This document shows positions 58,661 through 64,000 of a DNA stretch of 64,000 bases, piece by piece (within the stretch, counting starts at the first letter, position 1; each line of letters starts with the position of its first letter). The position numbers and the translations under genes are program-made. Source of the stretch: an uncultured Gemmatimonadales bacterium (GTDB taxonomy: Bacteria > Gemmatimonadota > Gemmatimonadetes > Longimicrobiales > Gaopeijiaceae); the NCBI GenBank assembly GCA_963809895.1, contig CAWELD010000010.1, forward strand, positions 288,001 through 352,000, read 5' to 3'. The notes under the pieces are model-generated. The model was given only the letters and a program-made list of their open reading frames with translations, did no database searches and was not told the DNA's origin.

Positions 58661-60137
58661 ATGGCTGCTGGCTCGCGGGTCCGAGCATTGGGCGCCCTCG
58701 CCCTCGTCGTCGGTCTTGCCCCGAGCGGGTGCGCCATCAACCCCGCTACCGGCAAGAACCAGCTCATGCTGGTCAGTGAGGACCAGGGTATCGCCATGGG
58801 GCGGCAGGCCGATACCGCCATCATCGCCAGCATCGGCCTGTATCCGGACGCGGCCTGGCAGAGCTACATCCAGCAGTTCGGTACGCGCCTCGCCGCCACC
58901 TCGGAGCGCCCCGACCTCCCGTGGACGTTCCGGGTGGTGGACGACCCGGCGGTGAACGCCTTCGCCGTGCCCGGCGGTTTCGTCTACGTGACGCGTGGCA
59001 TCCTCACCCACCTCACCGACGAGGCGGAGCTGGCCTCCGTCGTGGGCCACGAGATCGGCCACGTCACCGCTCGGCACTCGGCCGCGGAGATGAGCAAGCA
59101 GCAACTCATCGGGGCGGGTCTCGCGTTGGGCAGCATTGCGAGCGCCACGGTGGCGAAATACGCCGGCACCGCGAGCCAGGCGCTGGGCATCCTGTACCTC
59201 AAGTACTCGCGCGACGACGAGAGCCAGGCGGACCAGCTCGGCCTCCGCTACATGACTCGCGCCAACTTCGATCCGCGCCGGATGCCGCAGGTATTCCGCA
59301 TGCTCGAGCAGATGAGCGCGTCGGAGGGTGGCGGCCAGGTCCCTACGTGGCTCTCCACGCATCCGAGTCCCGGGAACCGTGTGGACGCGATCACGACCCA
59401 GATCGCGGCTCTGCCGCTGAGCTTCTCCGGTACGGTCGTGAACGGAGATCGTACCTGCGCCGGCTCGACGGGCAGGTGTTCGGGGCCGATCCGCGTGAGG
59501 GCTACTTCCAGGGCAGTCGGTTCTTCCACCCCGACATGCGCTTCCAGATGGTCTTTCCCGATGGATGGGCCACGCAGAACGGGAAGCAGGCGGTCGTCGC
59601 CGTCAGCCCCGGGCAGGACGGGGTCGTCGAGATCGCCGCCGCCCAAGGGGCGAGCGCCGACGCCGCAGCGCGGGCGTTTCTCGCGCAGAAGGGAATCACG
59701 GCGGGTGCCTCGTCCCGCGCGAGCGTGCACGGCCTCCCCACGGTGAGTGCTCCCTTCGGGGCGGAGACGTCGAGTGGCACCATCCAGGGGACGGCGCTCT
59801 TCGTCGAATACCGCGGCGAGGTGTTCGCGCTCATCGGCTACGCCGCGGACGCGCGTTGGGCCTCCTACGGGACGGCGGTGGAGAAGGCACGCTGCACAGC
59901 TTCCAGGCCCTCACGGATCCGGCGGCGCTCAACGCGCAGCCGCAGCGGGTGCCAGATCGTGAAGATCACTGCGCGCACGACCATCGCGACGCTGGCCCGG
60001 GTGCGACCGTCGCCGGTCTCGGCGGCTACGCTCGCCCTCATAAATCAGGTCGCCCTCGATACGCCACTGGAGGCCGGCCGCCTGGTGAAGTGGGTCGTCG
60101 GGCCCGCCGCGATCGCCACGAAGAAGCCACAGGATGA
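58661..60137 (+). pseudogene. M48 family metalloprotease lipoprotein, three frameshifts (~59449, ~59888, ~59952); end approximate
   Basis: GCAINPATG, NAFAVPGG, ELASVVGHEIGHV, YSRDDE.QAD.LG, WLSTHP. Continues YLRRLDG..FG...F.HP in a second frame, SFQALTDP in a third, then back to G..VKWVVG. Confidence 0.85.
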
Positions 60138-60191
60138 CATCGGTCGGCTGACATCACCGGCCAATACCTACTACTCCAGGAGCAACTTCAC

Positions 60192-60617
60192 ATGTCACTC
60201 ATCCACAGTTGGTTCGTCGCGGCCGGCGCCGCCCTCGTCCTTGCCGCACCGATGTCCGCCCAGCAGGCCGCTTCCGCGAAGGCCGGTGTCGCGCCCGACC
60301 CGTCCGCGCCTCAGCTCACCACGCCCGCGCCGGCGGCTTCCATCGTGCCCACCGCGACGAGCGTCGCCCGCAGCCTCGGGGTCCCACTCTTTCCGGCCAC
60401 CGCGTCGCTCGGCGTCAGCTTCACTCCCCTGATGGCGACCCCCGAGGTCATGATGCCGCTGCCGGCGGAGGGCGGCCAGAGCACGAACGTCGCGATGATG
60501 ATCGTCGGCGGAGCCATGATGGTGGTGGGTTCCGTCGTCGACGGCGATACCGGGACCATCATCATGGTCAGCGGCGGCGCCATCGGGCTCATCGGTCTCT
60601 ACCGCTATCTGCGTTGA
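60192..60617 (+). CDS. Hypothetical secreted/membrane protein
   Basis: RBS AGGAG, signal peptide, C-terminal Gly-rich hydrophobic hairpin. Confidence 0.7.
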   Translation: MSLIHSWFVAAGAALVLAAPMSAQQAASAKAGVAPDPSAPQLTTPAPAASIVPTATSVARSLGVPLFPATASLGVSFTPLMATPEVMMPLPAEGGQSTNVAMMIVGGAMMVVGSVVDGDTGTIIMVSGGAIGLIGLYRYLR

Positions 60618-60694
60618 ATACCCTGTACCATCGGTAGCGCACACGCGCGCCGCACCTTTCACAAACGCCCCTCGGGGCGAAGGAAGATGCTCCC

Positions 60695-60844
60695 ATGCTC
60701 TGGACCATCGTACTCGTCCTCATCATGCTCTGGGCACTCGGTTTCGCCACCTCCTACACCATGGGTGGCCTGATCCACGTCCTCCTCGTCGTCGCGATCA
60801 TCGTCGCCCTCATGCGGGTCATCTCCGGGCGAAGGGTCGTGTGA
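60695..60844 (+). CDS. lmo0937-family small membrane protein (49 aa; absent from the ORF track)
   Basis: MLWTIVLVLIMLWALGFATSYTMGGLIHVLLVVAIIVALMRVISGRRVV*; stop overlaps the next GTG. Confidence 0.88.
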   Translation: MLWTIVLVLIMLWALGFATSYTMGGLIHVLLVVAIIVALMRVISGRRVV

Positions 60845-61740
60845 CGGCGAAGCGCCAGGACACGATGCCCTTCCGCCGTTGGACCGCCATCCCGGAGAAG
60901 GCCTCCTCTCGCGCCGCGCCCCGGACCCTGTTCGACGGACGGAGGGCCGCTCCCACGGCTTCGCGGGGCCCCCTCATCGCTCCCCCGCACCGACGCTCGC
61001 GCAGGCGACGGCTCGCGGACCTGGATCGTCGTTTACTGAACCTCCTGGTGGCTGCGGTGGCCATCGTGGTCACGTTGCCCCTGATGTTGGCCATCGTCAT
61101 ACTGATCCGTTGCGATTCGTCGGGCCCGGTCATCTACCGACAGTGGAGGGTCGGCGTCAACCGGCGAAGACGCCGGGATTTCGGGTCGTGGAGCGGGCGG
61201 AGGCGCGAAGATCGCGGCGGACGGGTCTTCACGATGTTCAAGTTTCGTACGATGTGCGAGGACACAGAGGCCCGGCAGGTGTGGGCAGCCACGGACGATC
61301 CACGCGTGACGAGGGCTGGCCGGTTCCTTCGCGCCAGCCGGCTGGACGAACTCCCCCAGCTCTTCAACGTGTTGAAGGGAGACATGAACGTCGTGGGCCC
61401 CCGACCGGAGCAGCCCATGATCTTCGCGGAGCTTCGGAGCGAGTGGCCCTCGTATTGCCAGAGGCAGCGCGTGCTCCCGGGCATCACCGGACTCGCCCAG
61501 GTCAGGCTGGGCTACGACGCATCGCTCGACGATGTCCGCCGCAAGGTCGACCTGGACCTGAAGTACATCGAGCGAAGGTCACCGCTCCGGGATCTCACGA
61601 TCATGGCCAGGACGATCCCGGTGATGGTCCTCGGCATGTGGGGCACCCAGATGCGCAGCGCCGTGGGCCGGCGGCAACAGCCCAGGGCGAACGTCGATCA
61701 CGAGTCGGAGGAGGCCCTGCCCACCCGGGCCGTGACCTGA
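60841..61740 (+). CDS. Sugar transferase (phosphoglycosyltransferase, Bac_transf)
   Basis: GPVIYRQ.RVG, KFRTM, DDPRVT..GRFLR..RLDELPQLFNVLKGDM..VGPRP, PGITGLAQV. Confidence 0.92.
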   Translation: MTAKRQDTMPFRRWTAIPEKASSRAAPRTLFDGRRAAPTASRGPLIAPPHRRSRRRRLADLDRRLLNLLVAAVAIVVTLPLMLAIVILIRCDSSGPVIYRQWRVGVNRRRRRDFGSWSGRRREDRGGRVFTMFKFRTMCEDTEARQVWAATDDPRVTRAGRFLRASRLDELPQLFNVLKGDMNVVGPRPEQPMIFAELRSEWPSYCQRQRVLPGITGLAQVRLGYDASLDDVRRKVDLDLKYIERRSPLRDLTIMARTIPVMVLGMWGTQMRSAVGRRQQPRANVDHESEEALPTRAVT

Positions 61741-61780
61741 TCGACTCGAGATCCCCAACGGACCGAACGGAGCAGAGCCC

Positions 61781-63520
61781 ATGCGGACCGGATCGAGGTG
61801 GCCCCTGGTGCGACCCCCCGGATGGCCTCTCGGTCTATTCGCCCTGGCCGTGAGCTGCGGGGCGCTGTCCGCCCAGGATGCGCCCGGGCCGGTCGCATCG
61901 TGTAACGGCAAGGTCGTCTCGGCGATCGAGGTCACGCCTCATGACCCGTCGTTCCTGGTCGTCCCCAAGCGCGTGCGCGCGCTCGCGCGGGCCGTGGGCG
62001 TGCTGCACACCACGACCACGGCCGAGACCATCGCCAGCTTCCTGCTTCTGGAGGTGGGCCAACCGTGCACGGAGCGGCACCGTTCCGAGTCGGAGCGCAT
62101 CCTGCGCCTGCAGCCGTTCCTCGCCGAAGCAACCGTGCGCGCCGTGCCCGACGGCCGGGGCGGCGTGCGTATGGAGGTCGAGACCGCCGACGAGATCCCC
62201 ACGGTGTTCGACATGCGGCTTCGCGGCCTGAGCCCCTCGGCCCTCCGTTTCGGCAACGGCAACGTCGGGGGGCAGGGCATGTACCTGGCCGCCAAGGTGG
62301 AGCGAGGGTTCGCCTATCGCACCGGTGTGGGCGTGTACGGGGTCGCACACCAGGTGCTCGGCCGACCCTACATGGTGTCGCTGGCGGCGGAGCGCGCGCC
62401 CCTGGGGGGCAGGTTCACCCTTGCCCTCGGACATCCCTTCTTCACCGACCTGCAGCGCACTGCCTGGCACGTGGGGTACGGCAACGTGAGCCGCTACGTG
62501 TCCTTCAGTCGCCCGCAGGGTGACGCGCTCTCGTTGGCCGTACGCCGCAGATTCTGGGACGTAGGGGGCGTCCGTCGCATCGGCCCGAGCCGCCGCAGCG
62601 CCTTCGTCGGCGGCCTTGTCACCGAGGAGGACGTGACGCCGGCGGACCGCGCGGTGGTGGTCTCGGACTCCGGATTGGTGGCGGACACCAGTACCGCGCT
62701 CGGGGGCCCCATCCCCGCCTACCGCAACCTGCGGCTGAACGCGGTCGTGGGGGTGCGTGCCCTGTCGTTCATCACGGTGCGCGGATTCGACGCGCTCGGC
62801 GCGGCACAGGACGTGGCCACCGGCGTGCAGCTCGGCACCCTGGTGGGGTGGGGCATCCCGAAGTTCGGATCCACCGGCGACAACCTCTTCGCCTCCGTCG
62901 ACCTCTACGCCGGAATCGGCTCGGCCACGTCGTTCGCGGCTGTGAGGGTGGAGGGGGAGGCACGCGAGGATCAGCGCACGAGTCGATGGGATTCGATGCT
63001 CGGTAGCGGGCGGCTGGCCTGGTACGTAAAGCCGGCTACGAAGCAGACCTTCATCGGCAGCGTAGAGGTCGGCGGTGGTTGGCGGCAGCGGATTCCATTT
63101 CAGCTCAGGCTCGGAGACCTGCAGGGTGGGGTGCGGGGGTATGCGGCGTCGCGGGTCGGGGGCGCGGCGCGAGGCGTGATTCGCATCGAGGAACGCTGGT
63201 CCTTCGGTACACTCGGACGGCGCGCCGCCCTCGGGCTGGCAACCTTCGTCGACGCCGGACGGGTGTGGGCGGGGGATGCACCCTTCGGGGTGGACAGCCG
63301 AACCAAGGTCGGGCTGGGCGTCGGGCTGCTCGTGGCGGTTCCACCGCGGTCTCAGCGACTTTGGCGCCTGGATCTCGCCGTCCCCGTGAGCCCGGACTCG
63401 CACGCGCATTGGGAGCTCCGGCTGACCGGTGTCTGGACACGGGTCTTCTGGCGGGAGCCGGACGACGTAGCTCGTGGGCGCGCGGGCGCGGCACCGTCGA
63501 CGATCTTCTCGTGGCGGTGA
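61781..63520 (+). CDS. Outer-membrane beta-barrel with POTRA-like N-terminus (BamA/TamA-like)
   Basis: Signal peptide, ESERILR..PFL, GVRGY, FVDAG.VW, G.GL, RLDLAVP. Confidence 0.75.
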   Translation: MRTGSRWPLVRPPGWPLGLFALAVSCGALSAQDAPGPVASCNGKVVSAIEVTPHDPSFLVVPKRVRALARAVGVLHTTTTAETIASFLLLEVGQPCTERHRSESERILRLQPFLAEATVRAVPDGRGGVRMEVETADEIPTVFDMRLRGLSPSALRFGNGNVGGQGMYLAAKVERGFAYRTGVGVYGVAHQVLGRPYMVSLAAERAPLGGRFTLALGHPFFTDLQRTAWHVGYGNVSRYVSFSRPQGDALSLAVRRRFWDVGGVRRIGPSRRSAFVGGLVTEEDVTPADRAVVVSDSGLVADTSTALGGPIPAYRNLRLNAVVGVRALSFITVRGFDALGAAQDVATGVQLGTLVGWGIPKFGSTGDNLFASVDLYAGIGSATSFAAVRVEGEAREDQRTSRWDSMLGSGRLAWYVKPATKQTFIGSVEVGGGWRQRIPFQLRLGDLQGGVRGYAASRVGGAARGVIRIEERWSFGTLGRRAALGLATFVDAGRVWAGDAPFGVDSRTKVGLGVGLLVAVPPRSQRLWRLDLAVPVSPDSHAHWELRLTGVWTRVFWREPDDVARGRAGAAPSTIFSWR

Positions 63521-63674
63521 GGCGGATCGGCCTTGCGGGGCGTCTCGTGATCGGGACGGCCGGAGGGAGCACGGGTCGCTGACGGACCGGGTGCCCGTGG
63601 CCCGAAGATCCGGCCTGGACGAGCCGAGACCGTGGCACCCCAGATCCTGACCGCTGGAGAACGATGTCGTCCCC

Positions 63675-64000
63675 TCAACACTCGAAGATGGTTTGCAGGG
63701 CCGTCACCAGGTCCGCACGCTCGAATGGCTTGTCGAGGATCGCGCGAACGCCGAGCGCGGCGAACTTCTCCCTGGTCACCTCACCCATCAGCCCGCTCAC
63801 GACGATGACGCCGACGTCGGGCAACTGGCTGCGAAGGATCCGCACGAAGGACATGCCATCCAACTCGGGCATGTGGAGGTCGGTAATCACCGCGCGCAAG
63901 TCCGCCCCATGCTCCGCCACCTCCTGCAAAGCGCTGGTGCCGTCCCAAGCGGTCCGCACGGTGAAGTTCATCCTCGTCAGCACCTTGCGGAGGATGTCGC
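63675..64000 (-). CDS. C-terminal response-regulator receiver domain (partial; possibly of a hybrid kinase)
   Basis: A.DG..AL, VITDLHMPELDG, IVVSG, LDKPF. Frame is open to the window edge. Confidence 0.85.
   Translation of the reverse strand, partial: DILRKVLTRMNFTVRTAWDGTSALQEVAEHGADLRAVITDLHMPELDGMSFVRILRSQLPDVGVIVVSGLMGEVTREKFAALGVRAILDKPFERADLVTALQTIFEC

Noticed and set aside
54894..60137. Programmed ribosomal frameshifting in mlaE and the M48 gene
   Set aside because: No slippery heptamers are evident, there are multiple and compensating shifts per gene, and the pattern fits indel errors.

Overview
High-GC bacterial DNA. Gemmatimonadota is my inference from the gene repertoire (PadR/ADOP permease remnant, 6-bladed beta-propeller lipoprotein, M28 and M48 peptidases). 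I found no rRNA, tRNA, CRISPR-cas, integrase or transposase. The window has five blocks. (1) 1-3.0 kb: envelope genes, including an M28 peptidase with an in-frame internal deletion. (2) 3.2-34.7 kb: a ~31 kb surface-glycan locus. It has a Wzx-type flippase, about 12 glycosyltransferases (GT2, GT4, GT10, GT-C), two radical SAM enzymes, an AsnB-type amidotransferase, an acyltransferase, a deacetylase, a methyltransferase and oxidoreductases. It also holds an embedded mtnA + aldolase/SDR pair, four DxD-less GT2-like paralogues and a tandem pair of small paralogous membrane proteins. (3) 34.8-45.7 kb: accessory genes, including a collapsed PadR-ADOP permease remnant, a 3x62-bp palindromic tandem array, and an operon of M20 deacylase, ECF sigma, anti-sigma-like, PDZ and diaminopropionate ammonia-lyase-like genes. 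(4) 45.7-52.4 kb: an ECF42/YciI/VOC/DoxX/MocR cluster with three matching ECF promoters. (5) 52.4-64 kb: an Mla/PqiC transporter, NarL-type regulator, OmpA, M48 protease, small membrane proteins, sugar transferase and BamA-like barrel. Nine single-base frameshifts in six genes beyond 31 kb are probably sequencing errors. All family calls come from motif recognition, not database searches.
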